Shown here: positions 10,728 to 19,517 of the stretch, in pieces
Layout of the letters: each line of letters starts with the position of its first letter
How positions within the stretch are numbered: position 1 is the stretch's first letter
Assembly (NCBI GenBank): GCA_963730985.1
Contig: CAVSTX010000004.1
Span: forward strand, 826,708 to 890,707
Direction: 5' to 3'
Length of the DNA stretch: 64,000 nucleotides
Origin: Pyrinomonadaceae bacterium
GTDB lineage: Bacteria; Acidobacteriota; Blastocatellia; Pyrinomonadales; Pyrinomonadaceae
The notes under the pieces: model-generated
Told to the model about the DNA's origin: nothing
What the model saw: the letters and a program-made list of their open reading frames with translations, nothing else
The model's database searches: none
Position numbers and translations under genes: made by a program

Positions 10728-12100
10728 ATGGCAGAGTATCTCTTACTTTTCGTGGCACTGCTGGGTTTGGCTGTCTGTATTGCGGACTGGAGGAAGGGTT
10801 TTTCGATTTGCCTGTTAGTTGGATGTCTTCAGGATCCTATCCGCAAAATTATCCCAGACGAGCCCATTTACATTACGTCTACAATTCTTCTTTATGTAGC
10901 GGCCACCTGTCTCGGCGCTTATCTCAAGGGAAGACGATTCAACCTTCAGGCTATTCACTCCTGGAATAGCAGCTTGCGGATTCCTCTGGCACTGTTTTTT
11001 GTTCTAGTAATGATCAAAGTTGGGCAACCTTTGTCAGATACGGAAGTCCAGTTCTCGCGGCCATTGGTTTTCTTGCGTATATAACTCCAGTGCCAGGGAT
11101 CCTGCTTGGATATCACTTCGCGCGACGCGAACATGATACTCACAGGTTCATTAAGTTTTATCTCATTCTGAATGTATTGATGATTTCCGGGGTCTATTTG
11201 TCATACACAGGGTTCGACTGGCAAATGCTTCATCAGGTAGGTGAAGGAATGAATCTTTACTCACTGGAAAAGGTGCTTTAGTGCTAGGCCAGGATTTTTT
11301 CGAGCACCCGAGGTCGCAGCTTGGCATGCGGCCACTTCAATATGCTTTTTAATAATCATGTTTATGGTGCTGAAGAAGAACCGTTTACTTAAGTTAGCTA
11401 CTGGCGGATTAATTTTGTTTTTTTGGGGCGCGCTGTTATTAACAGGCCGCCGCAAATTCATATTGCAGATTTTCGTCTTCCTAGCTGTCTATGGCGCCCT
11501 GCTTTTATTGGTGCGAAACAGGGCGTCGCGAACGGTCATACTTCTTTTCTCCTCGTATTATGCCTTACGGTAGCGGCGGCAGCATATAGTTCGCGGTGCC
11601 GGAAGAGATAAGGGCGGAAATAGATCCATACTATCAACGCAGCATGACAGTCGGCGGAGATGCAACTGATCGGGCGTCGCCGATGACCATTGAATCTTTC
11701 GGATGGGTGGTTGCGCAAAACGGACCCATGGGCGCGGGCGCAGGCACGGGAAGTCAGGGCGCACAGCATTTCGGAGGCGGCGCCGAGATTGTAGGGGGAG
11801 CCGCGGAAGGAGGCTTAGGTAAGATCGTCGCCGAGTTAGGTTTTCCGGGTTTCTTCTTAATTGTTTGGTTTGCTGTTGGTCTCTCCGCTTTTTTTGGGCG
11901 ATTATAAGGGAAGTTAAGAAAACAGATTTTGCGCGATCGAGTCTGACTTTCGGTTTCATCGCGATGCTGGTCGCAACGCGTTCGTCTTTGTGACTGCACA
12001 CCAAATTTTCGGCGATCCTTTTGTACTTTCACTTTTAGGCTTCCTCATCGGGTTCGTAATAGCAGTACCTCGCATGGTTCCCGTGCGTGTCTTGCCTCCA
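10728..12100 (+). pseudogene. Wzy/O-antigen-polymerase-like polytopic membrane protein in about 5 frame fragments
   Basis: Hydrophobic ORF pieces at 10728..11084, 11090..11281, 11358..11573, 11596..11907 and 11990.. lie in different frames. 'LLLTGRRK' and 'GAGAGTGSQGAQHFGGG..AEGGLGKIVAELGFPGFF' resemble EPS polymerase/ligase proteins. The 3' end is approximate. Confidence 0.5.
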
Positions 12101-12268
12101 CCGCCGATCCCAACGATCGCGGAGCGATTTGGCGACTGGCCTCAGCGGCAGCCAACTTTGAGCCTTTCGCTCCGCAACCGCCGAGGCTGCCTGATACGCT
12201 GCCGCCTGCGTCGGTGGAGAGTTAATTCGACATCGGTCTGCCGTCCTCGGTCACCGGTCCCGTTTATC

Positions 12269-13518
12269 ATGCTCGCTATTCTGAGCACACATCCAATTCA
12301 ATACCAGGTACCGCTTTGGCAGGCGTTAGCAAGAGATGGATCTGTCCCGTTCGAAGTGTGGTACCTGACCGCACATGGGACAGATCCTTCATACGATCAA
12401 CAGTTTGGAAAATCATTCGCCTGGGATTTGGACTTACTGGCGGGTTATCCACATCGGTTCTTGAAGGTTAACCCCGACGGCGATGTCAGCAGCTTCAACA
12501 AGCTGAAACTTGTCGAAGATTTGAAGCCCTCTTAAGCGAAAAAAAGTCACAGCGCTTTGGGTTCAGGGTTGGCACGTGCGCGCCTTCTGGCAAGCTGTGT
12601 GGCAGGCGCAAAACGCAGGCGTTTCCGTTTGGCTGCGGGGCGAAAGCAACGACCTCGCAACGACACCAACATGGAAGCAACCGGTGAAGCAGTTGATGCT
12701 GAGACAACTGTTTTGGCGAGTAGAAAAGTTTCTTTACATCGGGGAGGCGAACCGTCGTCTGTACGAACGCTACGGGGTTAGACTGAGCAAATGCATCCTG
12801 CGCCCTACTGCGTCGATAACAAACGATTTGCCGAACAGGCGGAGGCGCTGCGTGCGCAGCGTACTGAGATACGCCGCGCCTGGAACATACCTGACGATGC
12901 GTTCTGCGTTTTGTTTGCCGGTAAGTTTATTGAGAACAAGCGGCCATTTGATCTCGTCAACGCACTAAAGATCAGCGACATCAAATCAAAATCAACCCTT
13001 CACCTGTTATTAGTTGGTAGTGGGGAATTGGATGAGGCTCTCGAAACGCGACCAACGGTGTATTTGATGCCGAGTTAGGCGGAACTGCCACGACGCCTGG
13101 ACATGACACGTCAAAGCCGTCTGCGACCTTCGCAGGATTTTTGAATCAGAAGGAAATTTCAAAAGCTTACGTAGCGGCAGACTGTCTCGTGCTTCCAAGC
13201 GACCATCGGGAAACGTGGGGCCTCGTCGTGAACGAAGCGATGGCGAGCGGCCTGCCTTGCGTTGTCAGCGATGCCTGTGGGTGCGCGGAAGACCTCATCA
13301 CACCCGTTCGTCCCGAAGCTCGCTATCCGATGGGTGACACGTCCGCACTTGCTAACGCGCTACTCGATGTAATGGAGCGACCTATCTCGTCTGCGGCTGT
13401 GCAGGGGCAAGTAGGAGAGTTCGATCCCCAGTTAACCGTCAACACTGTCCGTAAGTTGTTCTACTCGTCTAAGGAATCACCCGTCGAGTCAGCAAATTCC
13501 GTCGCGCTCACGCAGTGA
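12269..13518 (+). pseudogene. GT4-like glycosyltransferase in four frame fragments
   Basis: ATG 12269 gives 'MLAILSTHPIQYQVPLW'. The sequence continues in ORFs 12576..12968, 12791..13078 ('FCVLFAGKFIENKRP') and 13141..13518 ('LVLPSDHRETWGLVVNEAMASGLPCVVSD'). Confidence 0.65.
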
Positions 13519-14610
13519 TGAGTTCATCATCCAAAAGTCTGCTGCTGGTGCTTCCGGAGGCGTTTAATTGTGCCGGCGGTATCCAAATGTTTTGCCGCGC
13601 GCTGTGCCTGGCTGCGGGACGATGGGCGAAGAGCAATGGCTGTTCGGTGAGCGCGATCGTGCTCAACGATTCGGGGGCGCCTGATTCTCGATACGTCAAC
13701 GGAGGATTTGAGAACTTTGCGACCGCCGGTAGAAGCAAAACGAAGTTCCTAAGTCATTACCTGAAACAAGTCAGGTCGAGCCGGCCCGATTGGATAATCT
13801 TTGGTCACGTATCGCTGTCGCCGTTAGCGCTTCTTGCCAAAGGGGCCAACCCAAAGGTGAAAAACAGCGATCGTGACGTACGGCATCGACGTCTGGCGAC
13901 CTTTGTCGAGGGCCCAACGAAAGGCTTTACAACAAGCTGACGTAGTCCTGGCCATCAGCGAACACACGCGCGATCAAGTTGTTAAGCACGGCGGGATCGC
14001 CTCCGAGAAAGTCAGAATCTTCCCTTGCACACTCGATCCACACTGGAGAGTCGAGCCCTACAACAAATCTGTCAGCCGGACGCCGCCAATGCTTCTGACG
14101 GTGGCCCGGATGAACAGGGAAGATAAATACAAAGGCATCGATAATGTAATTCGGAGTTTGCCCGGAGTCGTCAATGTTACAGGACCCCTCGAGTATCGAA
14201 TCGTAGGTTCCGGAGATGATGTCCCACGCTTGCGCGCGCTTGCTGAAGAGCTTGGCGTGTCAGGATGTGTGAAGTTTTTAGGCGCGGCCTCGGACGAAGC
14301 GTTGCGCGAACAGTATCGCGAGTGTTCGTTGTTCGTCATGCCCAGCAACGAAGAGGGCTTTGGAATCGTTTTCCTCGAAGCAATGGCGTACGGCAAACCG
14401 GTAATTGGCGGCGCTAATGGCGGGACTCCGTCGGTTGTCAAAGACGAGGAGACTGGCTTGCTGGTCGAGGGATCAGATGTGGCGCGCATCACCGAATCAA
14501 TCACACGTCTGCTTTCGGACGCGGAACTTAGAGAAAGGTATGGACGCGCCGGGCACGAGCGGTTACTCAACGAATTCAGTTTTGAGCGGTTTGAAAAGAA
14601 ATCTTCATGA
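13515..14610 (+). pseudogene. GT4 glycosyltransferase with a 1-nt frameshift at an A5 run
   Basis: The pieces are ORFs 13515..13940 and 13873..14610 ('EEGFGIVFLEAMAYGKPVIGG'). Removing one A from the A5 run at 13860-13864 gives a continuous '..ANPKVKTAIVTYGIDVW..'. Confidence 0.7.
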
Positions 14611-14623
14611 GGTGCTCTCGTAT

Positions 14624-14677
14624 GTGGCACAGACTTCAGTCTGTGATATAGACGGCACAGACTGAAGTCTGTGCCAC
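14624..14677. repeat. Perfect 22-bp inverted repeat (hairpin) between the GT4 gene and asnB-like gene 2
   Basis: GTGGCACAGACTTCAGTCTGTG (14624-14645) is the exact reverse complement of 14656-14677, with a 10-nt loop. Each arm is itself a small palindrome (cacagact..agtctgtg). No U-tract follows. Confidence 0.9.
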
Positions 14678-14684
14678 TAACAAT

Positions 14685-16580
14685 ATGTGCGGAATAGCAG
14701 GCATCGTCGGTAATCGCGTTACAGGCATCGAAACGCATCTGCGCAGCATGAGTGCGGCGCTCGTGCATCGCGGTCCGGATGACGCAGGTGAGTGTGTTTG
14801 GGCAAAGACAGAACGCACGCCGCAAACAGGTTTCGTCCACCGGCGACTATCCATCATCGACCTCACAAACGCTGGTCATGAGCCGATGGTTACGCCGGAT
14901 GGCCGCTATTCGATCAACTACAACGGCGAAGTCTATAACTATCGCGAGTTGCGCAATGAGTTGCAGGCAGAGGGAGTACAGTTTTCATCACAAACTGACA
15001 CCGAAGTCGTTTTGCAACTTTACGCGCGACGTGGTCCACAGATCCTGAAACTGCTGCGCGGCATGTTTGCCTTCGCTATTCGAGACAATCAGAGCGGGGA
15101 AGTCTTCATAGCGAGAGACCATCTCGGGATTAAGCCTCTTTATTTCTACTTCAAGAACGACCTCTTCATCTTCGCCTCGGAAGTGAGAGCTCTGCTCGAA
15201 AGCAATCTGGTTCCGCGACGACTCAGCCGGGCAGGATTGGCTTCGTATCTCCAGCGCGGATCAGTCACCGCGCCTTTGACGATGGTTGAAGGCGTCCAGT
15301 CCCTGGCTCCCGGCCACTACGCGACAATCGGCGCGAAAGCAGATGGTTCGCTGAACTTTACCCAGAAATCTTTCATCGATGAATGGTTGACGCCACGTGC
15401 GCCGGAAGGGCTTACACGCGCGGACGCAACCAGGGAGTTGTACGAGGCGTTGAAAGAGTCAGTCAGCATGCACCTGGTCAGTGACGTTCCGCTCGCACCA
15501 TTCTTGTCGGGGGGTATCGACTCGAGTGCGATTGTGGCGCTCATGAGCGAGGTGTCGCGAGAACAGCCGAAGACTTTCAGTGTGGTATTTGAAGAGCAGA
15601 AGTTTTCCGAAGCAAAGTATGCACGCCTCATCGCTGACAGATTCAACACCGACCATCGCGAGATTCGCCTGAGCGAAGACCGCCTGTATCAAATGCTGCC
15701 GGGCGCGATCGAGTCGATGGACCAGCCCACGATGGATGGCATCAACACTTTCGTCGTTTCGAAAGCGGTAAAGCAAGCGGGAATAACTGTGGCGCTTTCA
15801 GGTCTTGGCGGGGATGAATTGTTTGCCGGTTATCCGACGTTCAGGCGCGCTGTGAAGATGCGTTCATTGCCTCGCGTGCCTGCGTCTATGCGAAAAGGCG
15901 TCGCGGCAGTAGGCGCAAAAGTTTTGAACGGGTCCACGCAACAGCGAAAGCTTTGGCAATTGTTACAGAGCGACGCGGGTGCGGCCGCGACGTGTGACGT
16001 CTCACGACAGTTATTGTCAGACGACGAAATTCAATCGTTGCTGTCGAACGGAGACGAATTTAAGAGTCCTGGCGCTTCTGCATTGCCAACTGACGGTCCG
16101 GAGGTCGACACGATCAATGCCGTGTCGCGCTGCGAACTCACTGGCTACATGTCAAACACGCTCTTACGCGATACCGACAGCATGAGCATGGCCCACTCGC
16201 TTGAAGTGCGGGTGCCGTTTCTCGATCCGGAAGTCGTGCGTTTCGTTCTCAGCTTGCCGGGTGAATGGAAACTTAATGGAGGCAAGCCAAAACCTTTATT
16301 GCTTGACGCCCTTGGAGACTTATTGCCGCCCGAGATCGTAAACCGGCCAAAGATGGGCTTCACACTTCCGTTTGAGAACTGGATGCAGTCACGCTTGCGC
16401 GAAGAGATTGGCGCGACTTTTGACAACGCCAATCTGTTTAACTCGATCGGCATTGAACCGAAAGCGGCGCGCGAAGTCTGGCAGAAGTTCTTAACGGCGC
16501 CGCAGAAGGTCGGCTGGTCCAGGCCGTGGGCGTTGTATGTTCTTAGCAAATGGTGCGCGCAGCATCGGGTAACGGTTTGA
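14685..16580 (+). CDS. Asparagine synthase (glutamine-hydrolysing) family amidotransferase, paralog 2
   Basis: Carries 'MCGIAGIVG', 'HRGPDD', 'LSGGIDSS' and 'GLGGDELFAGY'. Confidence 0.85.
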   Translation: MCGIAGIVGNRVTGIETHLRSMSAALVHRGPDDAGECVWAKTERTPQTGFVHRRLSIIDLTNAGHEPMVTPDGRYSINYNGEVYNYRELRNELQAEGVQFSSQTDTEVVLQLYARRGPQILKLLRGMFAFAIRDNQSGEVFIARDHLGIKPLYFYFKNDLFIFASEVRALLESNLVPRRLSRAGLASYLQRGSVTAPLTMVEGVQSLAPGHYATIGAKADGSLNFTQKSFIDEWLTPRAPEGLTRADATRELYEALKESVSMHLVSDVPLAPFLSGGIDSSAIVALMSEVSREQPKTFSVVFEEQKFSEAKYARLIADRFNTDHREIRLSEDRLYQMLPGAIESMDQPTMDGINTFVVSKAVKQAGITVALSGLGGDELFAGYPTFRRAVKMRSLPRVPASMRKGVAAVGAKVLNGSTQQRKLWQLLQSDAGAAATCDVSRQLLSDDEIQSLLSNGDEFKSPGASALPTDGPEVDTINAVSRCELTGYMSNTLLRDTDSMSMAHSLEVRVPFLDPEVVRFVLSLPGEWKLNGGKPKPLLLDALGDLLPPEIVNRPKMGFTLPFENWMQSRLREEIGATFDNANLFNSIGIEPKAAREVWQKFLTAPQKVGWSRPWALYVLSKWCAQHRVTV

Positions 16581-17779
16581 AAATCCTTCATGTAATACCG
16601 GCGGTGGCGCCGCGTTATGGCGGGCCGAGTCGAGCCGTCTTCGAAATTTGCCGGACACTCCGGGCTGGAGGTACCGAGGTAGTTGTGGCTACTACGGACG
16701 CCGACGGAAGTGGTCATCTTCCGGTATCAATCGGCGCCCTAATTGACTTCAACGGAACGGAAACGATCTTCTTTCCGCGCCAACTCAACGAACGATTCGG
16801 CTATTCATACCCACTGGCGAAGTGGTTGGATTCAAACGTCGCCCTATTTGACGTGGTCCACATCCATGCAGTCTTTTCGCATCCGTGTCTCGCAGCAGCA
16901 CGGGCGTGCCGTCGTCAAGACGTGCCTTACATAATAAGGCCGCTTGGGAGTCTCGACCCCTGGAGCCTTCGCCAAAAGAAATGGAGTAAGCAGCTAATGT
17001 GGCGCGCCGGAGTTAGTCGCATGCTCAGGAAGGCGGCAGCGATCCACTACACGACTCCCGAAGAACAGCGATTGGCTGAAACGGTTGGCGGCTTGCCGCG
17101 TGGCGTTGTGATTCCATTGGGAATAGACATGGAACAATTTGATTCAACGGCTTCGTCAGCTGGCCATCCGGCAACTGGCAGCGCTCCGTATGTGATCGTG
17201 CTTAGCCGGCTTCATCAGAAAAAGAACCTCGAGTCGTTGATTCAAGCTTTCCTTCACCTCACAGCGAAGAACTCTTTTGCGAATTGGCGCCTGGTGATCG
17301 CCGGAGATGGAGAGCCCGATTACGTAAGCGAGCTAAAGCGTCGTGTTAGCGAATGGGACGTCGCAAATCGGATCGTTTTTACAGGTTGGCTTGCTGGTCC
17401 AGCCAAATACTCAGCGCTGCGAAATGCGTCGCTGTTGGCCTTGCCATCTTTTCAGGAGAACTTCGGGCTGTGCGTAACGGAGGGTCTGGCTTTAGGAGTG
17501 CCCGCTGTTGTTAGTAGTCATGTCAACCTTGCGCGCGAGATCGAATCGGCCGGTGCAGGATGGGTCACAGGCTTGGATACTGACGAAATCGAGAGAACAC
17601 TAAATCACGCGTTGAGTGACGTCGCAGAACTGCGACGCCGGGGACTGGCTGGCCGTGACTTTGTGTCTCGTAACCTGGCGTGGCCGAAAATTGGAGAGCA
17701 ACTGGCGGCGCTTTATCGAGAAGTCGCACCGCATCACACTGAAGCTGTTGGGCTAACCCCATCATTCGCTGAGAAATGA
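16550..17779 (+). CDS. GT4 glycosyltransferase
   Basis: Carries 'LKILHVIPAVAPRYGGPS' and 'QENFGLCVTEGLALGVPAVVS'. The start is either ATG 16550 or TTG 16577, the latter forming a TTGA overlap with the asnB-like stop. Confidence 0.8.
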   Translation: MVRAASGNGLKILHVIPAVAPRYGGPSRAVFEICRTLRAGGTEVVVATTDADGSGHLPVSIGALIDFNGTETIFFPRQLNERFGYSYPLAKWLDSNVALFDVVHIHAVFSHPCLAAARACRRQDVPYIIRPLGSLDPWSLRQKKWSKQLMWRAGVSRMLRKAAAIHYTTPEEQRLAETVGGLPRGVVIPLGIDMEQFDSTASSAGHPATGSAPYVIVLSRLHQKKNLESLIQAFLHLTAKNSFANWRLVIAGDGEPDYVSELKRRVSEWDVANRIVFTGWLAGPAKYSALRNASLLALPSFQENFGLCVTEGLALGVPAVVSSHVNLAREIESAGAGWVTGLDTDEIERTLNHALSDVAELRRRGLAGRDFVSRNLAWPKIGEQLAALYREVAPHHTEAVGLTPSFAEK

Positions 17780-18591
17780 AACTCCGAACGGTCGCTGAAC
17801 GAGTAAGCCGGAAGATTGTTTTGAAACGACGCCTGCCCAAGAGCGTTGGCGGCCAGCCTATCTATGTGTCACCGGACGCCTCGCTAAAGTTTTGGCGGTG
17901 GAATATGGCCAACACTGATCCGCGTTTATTCGGTTGGGCGGAAGAATTTGTACGCGCGGGCGATGTCGTCTGGGACATTGGAGCAAACGTCGGGCTGTTC
18001 ACTTTTGCCGCCGCCAATTTAAGTGGATCTAAAGGTTATGTCCTGGCAGTGGAGGCAGATAACTGGCTCACGGATCTCCTCAGGAGGTCTGTGGAGATGC
18101 GGCCGCCATCCTGCGCCAGGGTTGAAGTCCTGTCGGCTGCTGTTAGCGATTCCATTGATATTAAGAGATTCGTTATCGCTGCTCGTGGACGAAGCACAAG
18201 CCACTTAGCTCAAGTACAAGGCAGCACTCAGACGGGAGGCGCCAGAGATTCTGTGATGGTTAACACAGTCACGCTCGACTCACTTCTGCAAAGATTGCCT
18301 CCTCCCCAGGTTTTGAAAATCGATGTTGAAGGCGCCGAGCTTCAGGTTTTGAACGGCGCGCAACAGTTGTTATCGACTACAAATCCTACAATTTTGTGCG
18401 AGGTTAGTGGCGAGGGCGGCGGAGACGTTGCTCGATTCTTCAAATCGCACGGTTACGAAATGTTTGATCTTGACGTCAGGCCAGGTGAACGGCGGCCTTT
18501 GACTGAGCCTGCTTTCAACACGCTGGCGTGTCGTCCGGCGTTTGCAGAAAGATCGATTAGAGAATTTGTCCACCGGCCGGAAATACTTTGA
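17776..18591 (+). CDS. FkbM-family methyltransferase
   Basis: Carries 'VWDIGANVGLFT' and 'LKIDVEGAELQVLNGA'. The start forms an ATGA overlap with the upstream stop. Confidence 0.75.
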   Translation: MKLRTVAERVSRKIVLKRRLPKSVGGQPIYVSPDASLKFWRWNMANTDPRLFGWAEEFVRAGDVVWDIGANVGLFTFAAANLSGSKGYVLAVEADNWLTDLLRRSVEMRPPSCARVEVLSAAVSDSIDIKRFVIAARGRSTSHLAQVQGSTQTGGARDSVMVNTVTLDSLLQRLPPPQVLKIDVEGAELQVLNGAQQLLSTTNPTILCEVSGEGGGDVARFFKSHGYEMFDLDVRPGERRPLTEPAFNTLACRPAFAERSIREFVHRPEIL

Positions 18592-19517
18592 TACCAGTCA
18601 CGCTAATCGTCACGACGCGCAACGAAGAGGCAAACATCGGGAAATGTCTGCAAGCCGCGCATGGTCTGTTTGATCAGATCTTCGTGATCGATTCCGAGAG
18701 CCAGGACCGCTCGGTTTCAATCGCGGAACGGTATGCGGAAGTGATTAATCTCGCTTACGACCATAGCAAAATAATTCCCTGGATCTACCAATGGGGATTA
18801 GACAATCTTCCGTTAAGAAACGACTGGGTAATGATCCTCGAAGCGGACCAGGAAATTACGCCGGCATTGGGACGTGAATTGGAAGCGTTGTTTTCCAAGG
18901 GAAGTCCTGGAGAAGACGGATTTTATGTTCAGAGACAACAGATGTTTCGCGGTAAGCGTTTGCGCTTTGGCGGCTATGGTTCGAAATACATGCTTAAACT
19001 CTTCCGGCGGTCAGCATCGCGTCTTGATCCTGAAGAGTCGGACACGCGAGTGTACGTCCGCGGCGTCGTGAAAAAACTTAAGTCGCCGATTCTCGAAAAC
19101 AATCTGAAAGAAAACGACATCCTTTTTTATCTGCAGAAACATCTGCGATATGCCGAAACGTTCGCTCAGGAAGAAGCCCAGCGCAGGAAAGCCGCAGTGG
19201 ACTGGAAGGTTGAGCCGGCATTTTTTGGTACGCCGGACCAGCGCGTAATTTGGCTGAAGCGTCTTTATTTCCGTATGCCGCTTTACGTCAGGCCATTTGG
19301 GTATTTCTTCTATCGCTACTTCTTGCTGTTAGGTTTCCTCGACGGCAAACAAGGGAGCATCTTTCACTTCCTGCAAGCGTTTTGGTTTCGGTTGGTGCTG
19401 GATATTAGGCTGGAGGAAATATTAGAAGCCTCAGCGAGAGAAACCAGAACTCCGGCAACCAATAAACTTCTGAAGGCAGAAACAACTGACCCAATTCATG
19501 TACATCCTCGGAATTAA
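18588..19517 (+). CDS. Family 2 glycosyltransferase
   Basis: Carries 'VTLIVTTRNEEANIGKCLQA' and 'FVIDSESQD'. The TTG start overlaps the upstream TGA. Confidence 0.7.
   Translation: MIPVTLIVTTRNEEANIGKCLQAAHGLFDQIFVIDSESQDRSVSIAERYAEVINLAYDHSKIIPWIYQWGLDNLPLRNDWVMILEADQEITPALGRELEALFSKGSPGEDGFYVQRQQMFRGKRLRFGGYGSKYMLKLFRRSASRLDPEESDTRVYVRGVVKKLKSPILENNLKENDILFYLQKHLRYAETFAQEEAQRRKAAVDWKVEPAFFGTPDQRVIWLKRLYFRMPLYVRPFGYFFYRYFLLLGFLDGKQGSIFHFLQAFWFRLVLDIRLEEILEASARETRTPATNKLLKAETTDPIHVHPRN

Noticed and set aside
14058-14840. A long antisense ORF of 260 aa. Similar antisense or alternate-frame ORFs include 16145..16717, 26076..26570, 35622..36203, 11558..12004 and 22644..23084.
   Set aside because: Each lies fully inside or opposite a gene with strong family motifs and has a low-complexity Arg/Ser/Pro-rich composition. 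These are expected frame shadows in a mid/high-GC genome.
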